The notes below the pieces were generated by a model. It was given only the letters and a program-made list of their open reading frames with translations. It searched no databases and was not told the DNA's origin. DNA of 64,000 nucleotides from a virus. Shown piece by piece: positions 36,166 to 46,486 of the stretch (positions are counted from its first letter, which is position 1; the number at the start of each line of letters is the position of its first letter). A program made the translations under genes and the position numbers. The stretch spans positions 10,209 through 74,208 of the IMG/VR virus record IMGVR_UViG_3300037258_000046. One strand, 5' to 3'.

Positions 36166-39100
36166 CGCAGCAGACTCAATTCGCTCTCGAAGCTCACGCG
36201 CTCGTGCTCCTCGGCGATCTCGCTCGCGAGCTGCCGCAGCTCCGCCTCGACCGCCGCACGCACCTCGCGGTGCAAGTCGCCCGGGCGCTTCCACTCGATG
36301 TTCTGAATCGTCACCTGCACGATCACATCACCACGGCCGGTCGAGCTGCTCCCACTCGCCGGGCTGATCGACACCGTCTCCGGCACATCACCGACGCCGA
36401 TCAGCGTCGGCCGGTCATAGGTGAACTCGCCGCCCGCGGCATGCCAGCCACCCCACTTCGGGCGCCCGCCCTTCGCGTACCAGCCGTCGGCCTCCTCGTG
36501 GCCCCACGCCGCGCCCGGCGAGCCGTAGCGCTGCCTGATGTACCCAAGCCCCCAAGCGATCTGCCCGGCCGCGTCTCCGAGCGCCACGGGCCCGTGCCCG
36601 AGGCTCTGAGCGATCCCGGCCGCGCCGCTAGTGGGATTGACCGCCGTGTCGCTCCAGCCGCTCTCACGCGTCCACAGCGCGTTCAGGTACGGCCACTGAG
36701 ACGCAGGCCACCCGGCCGAGATCATCATGCGCCGCCCGATCTGCTGATTCACGCTCGGCGCCGTCCCCATCCCGCCGGGCACCGCGCCACCGCCGCCGCC
36801 TAGTGAGTTCATCCCGCTGAGGAGCGCCATCAGCTCCTTGATCAGCGGCGAGTTCACGAGCGCCCCCGCGATGCCGCCCGCCGCGCTCGACGTCTTCACG
36901 CCCACGCCAGCGAAGATGTTGCCGCCCGTCGCGTACCCCGGCGCCATGTGCGCGCTCGTCTCCCCCGCCACGAGCTGCCCGAGCGTCTTGCCGTACGCCG
37001 CCATCGTCGCGGCGCTCGCGCGCGCCTCCGTGTGCCGGTTCGCGATCAGCAGCTCGCCACCGCCGACGAACCCCGCGACGTTGCCGGACGGGTCGAGGAT
37101 CGACCACGTGTCGCCCGAGATCGCGCCCGGCACGCGCATGCCCGTCGCCGCCGACGGCGGCGCCAGCCCGACGTAGTTCGTCGACCCTGCCTTCGCCACG
37201 AGCCCCGGGCTCCCCGGCTTCGCGGGCAGGCCCGTGTTCGTGCTCTTGCTCGACGAGAGCTGCGACACGTACTTCGACGCCTGCGCCGGGCTGTAGCCCA
37301 TCGCCTCAAGTGCCCCCAGCGCCTCGCTCTTCATTGTCGCGAAATCCCCGGCCAGCTTCGCCTGAGCCCGGTCGATCGGGTTCGAGATGGCCGTGCTGAT
37401 CTGGCTCCACTGCTGAGTCGACCCGTCGAGCACCTGGCCGTTGACCACCTTGATATTCGAGCCGAGGGTATGCATGTCCTGAGTGATCCCGGCCTGCAAA
37501 TCGTCCATCGGCTTTTTGACGGCCGGGTTCTTCTGCTGCATCTGCTGAGCCCACGAATCCATCGCCTGCGCGAGCGACAGCCGCCCCGTCGGCGTCAGGT
37601 CATCGAGCTGCTGCTTGATCCCGGCGGCGAGCGCCGTCGTCTGCCGCTGCACCATCGAAGCTCGCGTGTCCGGCGTCGCCGCGTCATAGCCGGAGAGCCC
37701 CTTCATAAACGCATCGGTCCAGCTCTTCGCCGCCGAGCGGCCCTCACCCTCGACCGCGGCGATCGCGACGCCATGGACCCACTTACCCATCTGATGCTGC
37801 GCCGGAGTGTCGGAGTCCGAGCTAGTGACGCGCGCCAGCTCCGCCTCGTGGATCGCCTGCGTCCACAGCCCCTTCGCCAGATCCGAGGTGGCCTTCTTTG
37901 CCTGCGCCTTGAGCGCCGCGTCCTGCTGCGCCCCGCCGCCAGCGGACCCCTCGTAAAGACCCATCGTCGCCGCCACCGGGATCGTGACCGGCAGCAGCGC
38001 CGCGCCCAGCCCCGCACCGACCGCGCGGCCCACGGACCCGCCGATGACTCGCTGCCCGAGATTCGCGCCGCCGCGGATCGGCACCGCCGCGCCAGCCGCG
38101 ATGTCGGTCCCCTCGCCGCTCGCCGTCTGCGTCGACCCGAGCCCCTTCAAGATCGCCTGCGTCGCCATCCCGACCACCGCACCGATGATCGGATTGCCGC
38201 CGCTCAACACCGTCCCCGCGACCGCGCCGAGCGCCGACCCAGCGCCGAGGCCGCCGACCGTCTTCCCGAGCTGCCCCGGGAGAAGCTGCCCGAGGATCTG
38301 CGTCGCCGCGTACGCCATGCCAGCCGACGTCCCCGCCCGCAGCAGCGTCGCCGCACCACCCGCCAAGCCCCCAAGCGCCGACCGGCCAAGCGCCGAGATC
38401 CCGCCCGTCGTCTCCGCGCCGACGATGCCCTCCACGCCAGCCCCGCCCGCAGCCTCCGCCGCGGGCAGCGCCGCGCGCTCCGCCGCCACCGACTCCGGCA
38501 CCAACAGGCCCGAGTTGACGCGCGCGAACCCCGGCGTCAGCAGCGCAGCCTCCTCAGCACCCGTCGCCGACGCCGCAGTCGCCGCAGGCATCGCCGACGT
38601 CCGCGCGACCGTCGCATCAGTCGCCGCCGTCTCCTCAGCCGTCGCCGCCACCCCGGCCGGAGTGAACGGCACGCCGCCCGGGCCCGCGACCACCATCACC
38701 GCCAGTGGATTCTCGATCGACCCCGGCCCGACGAACGACTTGTAACCCCACCCGAGCGCCGACGTCCCCGCCGACGTCCCCGCCGCCGCCGTGGCCGCCC
38801 CGCCGCCGCCAGCGTAGGCATCGAGCTTGTTCGCCATCTGGAAGGGGAAGCTCGCGACGCTCTTGCCGAACTCCGCGAAGGTCTTGACCGCCCCACCGAT
38901 CCGGCGCGCCACGTTCACCCCGAGCGCCACGACGCTCGCGACCAGCACCCCACCGATCACGGCCGCCAGCGCCTCCGCCGCGGTCTTGTTCTCCGTGAAC
39001 CAGTGAAACACCTCCTTCCCGTCGTCGATGACCTTCTCGACCTCCGGGATCAAAACGTCGCCGAGCCGGACGCCCAGCGACTCCGCGGCCCCCTCGAACT

Positions 39101-40379
39101 GATGGAACTGCACGCCCAGGGTGCCGTACGCCTTCGTGACGTCGGTATTGAATCGGCTCGCGGTCTGCCCGAGCTGCTCGTACTTGCCCTGGAGCTTGTC
39201 CTGAGACTGGAAGAGGTTCTCGACGATCGTCGCGCCGCGAATGCCGCCGAAGGACCGCGAGATCACCGCCGCCGCGCCGCTCGCCGACAACCCCGACGCC
39301 TCCATGTGCTTCTGCAAATCGCGCAGCGCCACGAGCACGCCATCCGGCTTGCGCAGATCGTCAGCGACCCGCGTCGTCGACACGCCCGCCTTCTCCAGCA
39401 GCGCCGACATCTGCGCGCTCGCCGAGAGCGCCTGCGTCGGCGTCAGCCCGATCTGCTCCAAGATCCCGGCCGCCATCTTCGGCGGCGCCGCCATCTCCAC
39501 GAGCGCCGTGCGCAGCAGCGTCGCCGCGCGCTGCGCAGGCTGCCCCTTGTCGGTCAGCACGTCGAGCGCCGCGCCGACGCTCTGCATCGAGATGCCGAAG
39601 TTCCGCGCCGTCGGCACGATCCCGGTCGAGAGCGCATTCATCAAATCCTGCATGTGCATGTCGCCAGCGCCGACGATCGCGTTGAGCATCGCCATGCTCT
39701 TGTGCGCTTGCGGGATCGTGGTCTGCCCGAGCGCGTTCATCAACGACGACAGCACGTAGGTGGTCTGCGTCAGATTCGAGCCGCCGACGGTCGCGCCCTC
39801 AGCTGCGATCCGCAAGATCCCCAGCTCCGTTCGCGCCCGCCCAACGGACGGGATCAGGTTGTTCATCGACGAGACGATGTGATACATGCCGCCCGCCAGT
39901 TCGTCCGGCGTCTGGCCGACCGCCCCCGCCATGTCGAGAATGCCCTTGCGCAGCTTGTCGGTCGCGGCCACCCCGACGTTCGCCTGAGTCTCGAACTGCG
40001 TCGTCATGCTCTGAAACTTCGTCGCGAGATCCACCCCGGCCGCAGCGACGCCAACCATCGTCGCGATCGTCGCCTTCCCGGTCGTGACCATCGCGCTGCC
40101 GCTATCAGCCCACGCCTTAGTCACCCGCCCCGCCGCGGCCTCGTGAGTCGCCGCAGCCCGAGTCGCCGTCGCCGCGCTCGCGCCAGCCGCGGCATCCATC
40201 TCCCCGAACGCCACAGCGCCCTTCCGCGTCCCGGCCGACACCTGAGCCATCGACTCGTCGGCCGTGACGCCCAGCACCTTGAGCCGCTCTTCCGTCTTGT
40301 CGGCGGCCGCGTTGATCTCGCCCAGCAGCTCGGGAGCGTTCGAGACAAGCTCGAAGGTGCCCGTGATCACCGCAGTCAT
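36162..40379 (-). CDS. tape measure protein (TP901-type) with C-terminal lytic transglycosylase domain
   Basis: 1405 aa, Ala/Gly-rich; LWTRESGW...A.NP.SGA.GI.Q...QI.WG..YI..RYG.P. Confidence 0.92.
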   Translation of the reverse strand: MTAVITGTFELVSNAPELLGEINAAADKTEERLKVLGVTADESMAQVSAGTRKGAVAFGEMDAAAGASAATATRAAATHEAAAGRVTKAWADSGSAMVTTGKATIATMVGVAAAGVDLATKFQSMTTQFETQANVGVAATDKLRKGILDMAGAVGQTPDELAGGMYHIVSSMNNLIPSVGRARTELGILRIAAEGATVGGSNLTQTTYVLSSLMNALGQTTIPQAHKSMAMLNAIVGAGDMHMQDLMNALSTGIVPTARNFGISMQSVGAALDVLTDKGQPAQRAATLLRTALVEMAAPPKMAAGILEQIGLTPTQALSASAQMSALLEKAGVSTTRVADDLRKPDGVLVALRDLQKHMEASGLSASGAAAVISRSFGGIRGATIVENLFQSQDKLQGKYEQLGQTASRFNTDVTKAYGTLGVQFHQFEGAAESLGVRLGDVLIPEVEKVIDDGKEVFHWFTENKTAAEALAAVIGGVLVASVVALGVNVARRIGGAVKTFAEFGKSVASFPFQMANKLDAYAGGGGAATAAAGTSAGTSALGWGYKSFVGPGSIENPLAVMVVAGPGGVPFTPAGVAATAEETAATDATVARTSAMPAATAASATGAEEAALLTPGFARVNSGLLVPESVAAERAALPAAEAAGGAGVEGIVGAETTGGISALGRSALGGLAGGAATLLRAGTSAGMAYAATQILGQLLPGQLGKTVGGLGAGSALGAVAGTVLSGGNPIIGAVVGMATQAILKGLGSTQTASGEGTDIAAGAAVPIRGGANLGQRVIGGSVGRAVGAGLGAALLPVTIPVAATMGLYEGSAGGGAQQDAALKAQAKKATSDLAKGLWTQAIHEAELARVTSSDSDTPAQHQMGKWVHGVAIAAVEGEGRSAAKSWTDAFMKGLSGYDAATPDTRASMVQRQTTALAAGIKQQLDDLTPTGRLSLAQAMDSWAQQMQQKNPAVKKPMDDLQAGITQDMHTLGSNIKVVNGQVLDGSTQQWSQISTAISNPIDRAQAKLAGDFATMKSEALGALEAMGYSPAQASKYVSQLSSSKSTNTGLPAKPGSPGLVAKAGSTNYVGLAPPSAATGMRVPGAISGDTWSILDPSGNVAGFVGGGELLIANRHTEARASAATMAAYGKTLGQLVAGETSAHMAPGYATGGNIFAGVGVKTSSAAGGIAGALVNSPLIKELMALLSGMNSLGGGGGAVPGGMGTAPSVNQQIGRRMMISAGWPASQWPYLNALWTRESGWSDTAVNPTSGAAGIAQSLGHGPVALGDAAGQIAWGLGYIRQRYGSPGAAWGHEEADGWYAKGGRPKWGGWHAAGGEFTYDRPTLIGVGDVPETVSISPASGSSSTGRGDVIVQVTIQNIEWKRPGDLHREVRAAVEAELRQLASEIAEEHERVSFESELSLLR

Positions 40380-40389
40380 CCGGCGCCCC

Positions 40390-40680
40390 CTACGGCCGCG
40401 GCATAGCCCCTCTCGCGTGCGGCGAGCGCTCCAGCGGCGTCACGTCCACCTCGACCAGCTCCTCGTCGCGCAGCCCCGCGTAGCGGCCGCACGCATACAT
40501 GAAATGGCGATAGGCAGGCAGCCGGGGGAACTGCGGCGGCAGTTCCGGATGACCGATCGGCCGGAGATCCGCCCCGAGCCCGTTGAAGACCCGAAACGGC
40601 TCCAGCCAATCGCCCCCGCCCGTACGCCAGACGTGGTACGCCAGCCACGCCTCGCGACGGGCCCCGATCAGGACTTTCCC
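40390..40680 (-). CDS. -1 frameshift extension of the tail assembly chaperone (gpGT-like)
   Basis: Slippery G GGA AAG at 40674-40680; the -1 frame is open for 96 codons to TAG at 40390. Confidence 0.75.
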   Translation of the reverse strand, partial: GKVLIGARREAWLAYHVWRTGGGDWLEPFRVFNGLGADLRPIGHPELPPQFPRLPAYRHFMYACGRYAGLRDEELVEVDVTPLERSPHARGAMPRP

Positions 40681-41252
40681 GCACTGACCTCCCTGATCGC
40701 GCTCTCGTTGATCGCCAGACGCGACAGGCGCAGGATCTCCGTTTCGAGCTGCAAGATCACGCCCGGGTTCTTGCGAAAGAAGTCGCGCAACATCTGCGCC
40801 GTATCAGCCGGACGCACGTCGCTGTCGATGCCCATACGAACCTCGCCCAGGTCCGGCTTGACGATCCCGTACGCGCACACGTAGCTCGCGCGCTTGAGCG
40901 CCTCCAGCTCGTCGACGCCGCGCTCGCGCTTCACGCCGAGCTTCTGCGCCGCCTGCCACTGATCCCACGTGATCGGCGCACACTTGATCCGCCACAGCTC
41001 CGCATCGGTGCCGGTCGGGCCGATCTCGACGTCGAACTCCTTCTCGTCCTGCGGCGTCTCGCCCGGCCGCGCACGCCGATCGCCGAGAAAGTACGCCGTC
41101 AGCGCATCCTGCTCAACGGCCCCGAGCTTCTCGCCGTCAGCCGCCCGGCCGATCAGCTCGTCATCGGTAGACCGCGGACGCTCCTCGCCGCGCTCGGAAC
41201 CCTCTAGGGCAGCGGAGAGCCCGCTGCGATCATCTGCCTGCTCTTCTGACAT
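40668..41252 (-). CDS. tail assembly chaperone (gpG/XkdN-like)
   Basis: Between tube and tape measure; ends ...AGKS over the slippery site. Confidence 0.8.
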   Translation of the reverse strand: MSEEQADDRSGLSAALEGSERGEERPRSTDDELIGRAADGEKLGAVEQDALTAYFLGDRRARPGETPQDEKEFDVEIGPTGTDAELWRIKCAPITWDQWQAAQKLGVKRERGVDELEALKRASYVCAYGIVKPDLGEVRMGIDSDVRPADTAQMLRDFFRKNPGVILQLETEILRLSRLAINESAIREVSAGKS

Positions 41253-41551
41253 GACTCCTCCGAGTCTCGTTGGCTACGAAGGTGAGGTGCCCCACCATCG
41301 CCAGCGCCGTCCCGTGGATCGGCGCCCGCGAGCGGGTCGGTTGCCTCGTGGTTCTCGGGCAGGAGCCCAAGAAGACTGTCGTAGAAGTGATGCGACACCT
41401 GCCGCAACCACGACTCAAACTGATCGGCCTCGATCGAGTACTCGACCTCAAGCGCCGCGAGCTTCGCCAGCAGAGCGTCCCGCCCATGCGAAGGCTTCGA
41501 CGCGATCTCGCGCTTGATCTCCAGCAGCACCCGCTCGACATCGACGAGCAC
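41204..41551 (-). CDS. hypothetical protein between tube and chaperone
   Basis: Helical ORF VLVDVERVLLEIK... filling a 300-bp gap. Confidence 0.5.
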   Translation of the reverse strand: MLVDVERVLLEIKREIASKPSHGRDALLAKLAALEVEYSIEADQFESWLRQVSHHFYDSLLGLLPENHEATDPLAGADPRDGAGDGGAPHLRSQRDSEESCQKSRQMIAAGSPLP

Positions 41552-41565
41552 CCGGCTCGCCCTTC

Positions 41566-42120
41566 CTACTGCGTCGGCGAGTCGAGGTAGGTGATCAGCG
41601 GCAGACCCGTCGTCGGGTCGACCTGCTGTCCCTGAATCTCGTACAGGTAGATCGGCGTCTCGTCTTCCCAGCGGAAGTCGTACGTCCGCGACTCCAGATC
41701 GTTCGCCGTCTGGAAGCCCAGCGGCAAGTTGAAGAGACGGCACCCGTCGAGCTGCCACGCCTCGATGCCGAGCGCACCCGGATCGTCGAGGTAGACCTGC
41801 ATCGAGAACGTCCGATTGAACGGCGTCCCGGCGTCGCGCATCTTCCGCAGCGTCGCAAGGTCCGTCCCAATGAAGCCGTAGATGTCGTTCTCCCAGCGGC
41901 CGTCGATCTTCTGGATCGTGAGCTGCCCGCCGGTACGCGTGATCATGCCGTCCTTCACGCCGTTACGGTTCGTCCCGGCCAGCGGCACGTCGACCTGAGC
42001 GATCGTCACGGTCGCGGTCACGCCCGTGACCTCCATGAGCTGAACGCCGTCGCGCCACGCCTCGCCGTACTTGCCGGAGATCCGGTAGGAGCCCTGATTG
42101 ATCACGCTCGAAGCTGCCAT
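41566..42120 (-). CDS. contractile tail tube protein (XkdM-like)
   Basis: ISG.YGE.W.DG...LDDP.A.G.E...L.G...LPL.F; directly after the sheath. Confidence 0.85.
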   Translation of the reverse strand: MAASSVINQGSYRISGKYGEAWRDGVQLMEVTGVTATVTIAQVDVPLAGTNRNGVKDGMITRTGGQLTIQKIDGRWENDIYGFIGTDLATLRKMRDAGTPFNRTFSMQVYLDDPGALGIEAWQLDGCRLFNLPLGFQTANDLESRTYDFRWEDETPIYLYEIQGQQVDPTTGLPLITYLDSPTQ

Positions 42121-43628
42121 CAGACCGCCACCGCAATCGAGTTGAAGACCTGGCGCAGCGACGGCGAGAACCGGAAGCCGTACTTGATCGCCACGAAGTC
42201 CTGATCATCGCTCGGCGGCCCAAACGTGCTCGTGTCGATCACGACCGTCGGGTTCGCCTGAATGATGCCCGCGCTCGCACGCTGCCCCGCGAGCTTGCGG
42301 CCCTCACCGATCAGGAAGTCGCGCGTGCGATCGTTCACGTTCAGATCGCCGATGTTGCCGTCGGACTCCTCCAGGAGCGCCTGTAGGTCGCTCTCGAAGC
42401 CCGCCATGATCATCAGGTACTTCACGACGCCGTAGACGTTCGTGCCGTTGAAGAGCGACGGATTGCGCGGATCGAGAGCGCCCGTCGGCTGCGTGAACGT
42501 CGTGCAGCCCTGAGCGATCCTCACGGGCGCGTCCTGACGGCCATCGGCCGAGAACACCGTGAGCCCGAAGCTCGGCGCCTGCTGCTGATCGGACGGCTGC
42601 GGAGCGTCGCTCTTGAGCTTGACCCCCGCGAAGCGCGCCATGATCAGGTCCGCCTTCTCGCCGCGAGCAGCGATCACGCCCGCGACACGCGGCGCGAACT
42701 GCGCCGTCGAAAGATCGACCGGGATCCCCGGAGTGATGTTGCCGACATCGGTGATCGTGCCGACGCCGATGCGAACCACGAACGGATCGTTGAGCCCCGA
42801 CGCCGCCGTCTCGGCCGTGTTGACCGACTCGCCGAGAGCGCCGCCCAAGACCAGCTCGCAGCGCAGCCCGGACGTGTTCTGCGTGTCGACCCACGCCTGC
42901 ACCGACGCCGCGATCGACGGGTCGCTCAGGTTCGCGAACGCGAGCACCCGAAACTCCTGATTGGCCAGCGCCGCCAGAGCGCTCGTGTAGTCGCCCGCGA
43001 TGTAGGTCGTCCCGTCGTTGCCGCCCGAGAGCGCAGCGGCCGAGACGTTCGCGAGCGCCACGCCGTCGATCGTCAGCGACGCCGACACATAGGCCGACAC
43101 CGCGTTGATCTGAGCGACGAGCGAGCTGATCGACGTCGACGTGTAGGTGTACTTCTCGACGACAGCGCCGCCGAGCAGCACGAGAAGCTGAGAGGTGCCG
43201 CCGACCGCACCGGCCTGCACCGTGAGCGTCAGCGAGTTGCCGAGCGTGCCCGGATAGCGCGCGGTCAGCGCGATCGCGGCCGCCGGGGTCGCATTCTGGA
43301 GCGAGTGCGCCGCCGAAGCGATCGCGCTCGACAGACCCATGCGCACGGCGAGCACGGCGCTCGCTCCGCCCTTGCCCGAGACGCCCTCGCCGACGAAAGC
43401 CTGTAGCACCGCGCGACGCAGCTCCGTGTCCCCGGAGCCGAACTTCGCGACGAAGTCGTCGTAGCTGTCGCACAGCGTCGCCTCGTCGTAGGGGCCCCAA
43501 TCATGCAGGCCCGCGACTGCGACGATGCCGCCCGGGCTCGGCGCGATGTTCGGCGCCGACTGAGCGACGAAGTCGGTGTACTCGCCCGGCAGCACCGGAC
43601 GCGCGCCCTGAGTGAACGTGCCCGCCAT
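42120..43628 (-). CDS. contractile tail sheath protein
   Basis: PGEYTDF...DWGP...A.YPG.LGN.L...LSGG.DG. Confidence 0.9.
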   Translation of the reverse strand: MAGTFTQGARPVLPGEYTDFVAQSAPNIAPSPGGIVAVAGLHDWGPYDEATLCDSYDDFVAKFGSGDTELRRAVLQAFVGEGVSGKGGASAVLAVRMGLSSAIASAAHSLQNATPAAAIALTARYPGTLGNSLTLTVQAGAVGGTSQLLVLLGGAVVEKYTYTSTSISSLVAQINAVSAYVSASLTIDGVALANVSAAALSGGNDGTTYIAGDYTSALAALANQEFRVLAFANLSDPSIAASVQAWVDTQNTSGLRCELVLGGALGESVNTAETAASGLNDPFVVRIGVGTITDVGNITPGIPVDLSTAQFAPRVAGVIAARGEKADLIMARFAGVKLKSDAPQPSDQQQAPSFGLTVFSADGRQDAPVRIAQGCTTFTQPTGALDPRNPSLFNGTNVYGVVKYLMIMAGFESDLQALLEESDGNIGDLNVNDRTRDFLIGEGRKLAGQRASAGIIQANPTVVIDTSTFGPPSDDQDFVAIKYGFRFSPSLRQVFNSIAVAV

Positions 43629-43981
43629 CAGACAGACGCCTTCTCGGCAGAGCCGGTCGGGTTGTCGACCTTCACCGGAGTATCGAGCCACTTCTTGACG
43701 CGGCCCGCGATGTAGGAGCGACTCACGCTGCGCAGCTTGGCGTCGGGATTCGCGCGGAGCTTGAGCCAATCGTCGTAGAACGCGCCGACGAGCACGTGAT
43801 GCCCGAAGCGCGTGATCTCCGGGCCCTCCGACCCGAGAACGCGACGAAGCTCGAACTGCTCCTCGTCCGCACTCGCGTCAGCCTGCGGCTCGTCGCGATC
43901 CTCGTGCTCCGTCTCCGTCTCGTCGCGCTCTTCATCGTCGCGCTCGACGTCATCGGATGGCTTGACTCGCGGGGCGGGCAT
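43628..43981 (-). CDS. hypothetical virion-module protein
   Basis: TGATG-coupled to the sheath; promoter upstream. Confidence 0.6.
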   Translation of the reverse strand: MPAPRVKPSDDVERDDEERDETETEHEDRDEPQADASADEEQFELRRVLGSEGPEITRFGHHVLVGAFYDDWLKLRANPDAKLRSVSRSYIAGRVKKWLDTPVKVDNPTGSAEKASV

Positions 43982-43992
43982 GACTCCATCTC

Positions 43993-44023
43993 AGGATAGC
44001 CGCGCTCCGAGAACCAAAGTCAA
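43993..44023 (-). promoter_or_regulatory. late-type promoter TTGACT-N19-TATCCT
   Basis: GCGCGGCTATCCTGA shared with 49873-49887. Confidence 0.7.
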
Positions 44024-44030
44024 TGTCGCC

Positions 44031-44609
44031 CTAGCGGTCGAATATCTCCGCCGCGACCGGCGTCGCCTTGATCCCCGACAGCACCGTCGACCCGCGATCA
44101 GCGACCGCCCCCGCGCGAAACCACGCCAGCCGCATATCGGCCGCGACCGTCATCAGCCGCGGGTTCACATCGTCAGGGATCGAGCGCGTCGCCCAAGACG
44201 TGATCGTCGCGACGTCCGGCGCGTTGCGCGGCGGGTTGTCCTCGCCGGTCGTGTCGTTCACAAAGTCCCACAGCGGGATCACGCCGCCGCGACGCACGAC
44301 CGGCGGCTGCACGAGCACCCCCGCACGAAGGCCAGCGAACAGCACCTCCTCAAGCTCCGCCGCCACCTGCTCGACCTCGGCGCGCGAGCGGCCCTCCGCC
44401 GGGTACAGATGCACCGTCGCCGCGAGCTGCTTGCGCAGCGAATGCTCCCCGTAGCTGCCGATCGTCATGCTCGGCCCGTTCTGCGTCACGAGCGCGTACG
44501 GCCGCTCCGGCGTCGCGTTCTCAAGCGTCACCCGAATATCCCACGGGGCGCCCAGCATCAGCGCCGCATAGCGCTGCACCGACTTGATGACGTCCCAATC
44601 CGTCCTCAC
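44031..44609 (-). CDS. putative tail terminator/neck protein
   Basis: Size and synteny (PERPYALV pattern). Confidence 0.55.
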   Translation of the reverse strand: MRTDWDVIKSVQRYAALMLGAPWDIRVTLENATPERPYALVTQNGPSMTIGSYGEHSLRKQLAATVHLYPAEGRSRAEVEQVAAELEEVLFAGLRAGVLVQPPVVRRGGVIPLWDFVNDTTGEDNPPRNAPDVATITSWATRSIPDDVNPRLMTVAADMRLAWFRAGAVADRGSTVLSGIKATPVAAEIFDR

Positions 44610-45145
44610 GCCTCAGCCCCCACAAGCTCCTCCGCGCCGACCTCTTCGCCAGCGACCGCCTCGACCGCGCCACCCGCAGCCCACGCGTCGAGGATGCCAC
44701 GCCCGATCATCGGCCACTCGCTATCGGTGATCAGCGTCCCGATCGCGAACATATGCTGCCCGTGCGTGCCCGGATGAAAGACGCTGTCGCGGAACACGAG
44801 TGCGCCCTTGTAGGGGAACCGCAGCTGCATCGCATAGCGCGGGTAGATGTAGTGAGCCGTCGTGTCCCACTCGACGTACTCCGCGATCGGATCGTCCGTC
44901 GCCGCGGTCACCTCCCAGCCCTTCGGCGTCCGCAACACCGGCAGCCTGTAGATCGACTTGCGAAGCGTCCCCGGCTTGCGGACCTGCACATAGCCCGGAA
45001 CGTCGATCACCGGCCCGACCGGCGTGTTCTGCCTGATGTTCAGCCACAGCCGATCGCCCACCGCGTCCGTGATCGCATGCCCGACCGCCAGCGTGCGCTC
45101 CGTCGGAACGAGCATCGACAGCGCCCCCGACTGCTTGTAGGCCAT
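44606..45145 (-). CDS. HK97 gp10-like tail completion protein
   Basis: TPV...GTLRKSI...AEYVE..T..H.I.P...V.HPGT.GQHMF. Confidence 0.75.
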   Translation of the reverse strand: MAYKQSGALSMLVPTERTLAVGHAITDAVGDRLWLNIRQNTPVGPVIDVPGYVQVRKPGTLRKSIYRLPVLRTPKGWEVTAATDDPIAEYVEWDTTAHYIYPRYAMQLRFPYKGALVFRDSVFHPGTHGQHMFAIGTLITDSEWPMIGRGILDAWAAGGAVEAVAGEEVGAEELVGAEA

Positions 45146-45555
45146 CAGCCGTTCGCCGCCTCTTCGACGAGCACGCCGAAGCCGTACCAGCCGATGATGT
45201 AGACGCCGTTGTTCAGCAGTTCCGGCTGCCCGTCGACGTCGATCGTCGGCGAGCCCAGCGGGCCCGCGTCGATGAAGCGAATGCGGTCCGACGGGCCGAT
45301 CGTCACCGGGTTGCCCTCGACGTCGACGGGCTGCGCGAGAAACTCGTAGCGCACCGTCACCTCGCGCGCCGTGTCCCCCGCAGCGTTGCCCGCATCCGCC
45401 CGCGGCCGCGTCGGCGCCGGGAACATCAGCCGGGCCGCGAACTGCGGGCCCAGCACCTCGCTCAGCTCGCCGTAGGACCCCTGCGGCGAGCGCACCAGCG
45501 ACCGCGACCGCTCGACGAGCTGCGCGACGTGGATCGTCGCCGACTCCATCGGCAT
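45145..45555 (-). CDS. putative head-closure protein
   Basis: Synteny; beta-rich, 136 aa. Confidence 0.5.
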   Translation of the reverse strand: MPMESATIHVAQLVERSRSLVRSPQGSYGELSEVLGPQFAARLMFPAPTRPRADAGNAAGDTAREVTVRYEFLAQPVDVEGNPVTIGPSDRIRFIDAGPLGSPTIDVDGQPELLNNGVYIIGWYGFGVLVEEAANG

Positions 45556-45680
45556 GCGCTCACCTCGCCTTCACGCTCGCCGGGACCGGATGGCAGACCA
45601 TGCACACCGGCCTACCCGTCCACGGATGCGCCACATGACGCCCAGCATGCTTGAGCGGCCACGAGCAATCCGCCCGCGGC

Positions 45681-46382
45681 TCACTCTCCCCAGCCACCCG
45701 CGCTCCCCGGCCACAGCATGTCGCCGCCCATCCCGGGCGGCCCGAAGCCGGGCAGCGAGCCGGGCAGAGCCCCCGGCATGTCCCACGTGTCGCGGAAGTC
45801 CTGCTCGACCATCATGCTCGCGGGCATCGGCGATCCGAGCCGCATCATCCAGTAGTCGAACTGCTCGGCCGTCAGCAGCAGCCACAGCAGATCCGACAGC
45901 TCCGTCCACGAGTTGATCTGAGGATTGCTCACCGACCCGCGCGAGCGAAGCACCGTCTGCGGATCGCGACGCACCTCCGCGTAGGAGCCCGCCTTGAAGC
46001 TCTGGAGGTAGTCCTGCGACACGACGGCCGTCATGTATCCGGCGCTCTCGTGCACGGCCTCCTGCACCGCCCGAAGGATCACCGCACGCCACCCCACGAT
46101 CCCCAGGTCAAGCTCCGCGCCGTAGCTGTCGAGCGCGAGGATCGGATCGAGCCCCTCGAACACCTCGACCGCCCAATCCGTCGGCTGCACGTTCGGCAAC
46201 GTCGAGTCGATCGTGCGACCCGTCGTCGCCTCCACATAGCCGATCGCCGACGCCGCGAAGCTATCGAGCGGGTCGGGATCTCCACCCGCGGGCGCCGGAA
46301 ACCCGAGGTTCGCTAGAAACTGCGCCGGGATGCGCGACCTGATGTCGACGCCCGCCGGAGGCAACGTGTAGGTGAACGCCAC
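45681..46382 (-). CDS. putative head-tail adaptor
   Basis: A..YVE..TGR; S.KAGSY.E; first gene after the capsid operon, leaderless. Confidence 0.6.
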   Translation of the reverse strand: MAFTYTLPPAGVDIRSRIPAQFLANLGFPAPAGGDPDPLDSFAASAIGYVEATTGRTIDSTLPNVQPTDWAVEVFEGLDPILALDSYGAELDLGIVGWRAVILRAVQEAVHESAGYMTAVVSQDYLQSFKAGSYAEVRRDPQTVLRSRGSVSNPQINSWTELSDLLWLLLTAEQFDYWMMRLGSPMPASMMVEQDFRDTWDMPGALPGSLPGFGPPGMGGDMLWPGSAGGWGE

Positions 46383-46423
46383 TCAGCCCATCCTACCCGC
46401 GCCCACGACCGCCCCTAGATGCA

Positions 46424-46449
46424 CGAAGCGCCCCGTGAGGGGCGCTTCG
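46424..46449 (-). terminator. terminator of the capsid operon
   Basis: CGAAGCGCCCC/GGGGCGCTTCG 11-bp stem. Confidence 0.7.
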
Positions 46450-46486
46450 CAGCTCAGGCGGACAGAGCGTGTGGCGGGGGAGAAGA

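Noticed and set aside
36948-40406. 1152-aa plus-strand ORF and other long plus-strand ORFs (e.g. 31174-33162, 3637-5331)
   Set aside because: Arg/Pro-rich shadow frames antisense to clear minus-strand genes, as expected at high GC
40376-40684. ORF-track 102-aa ORF as an independent gene
   Set aside because: Low-complexity product; the -1 frame from the slippery site explains the interval better
28407-43628. Tailocin or extracellular contractile injection system
   Set aside because: Portal, capsid and replication genes show a complete phage
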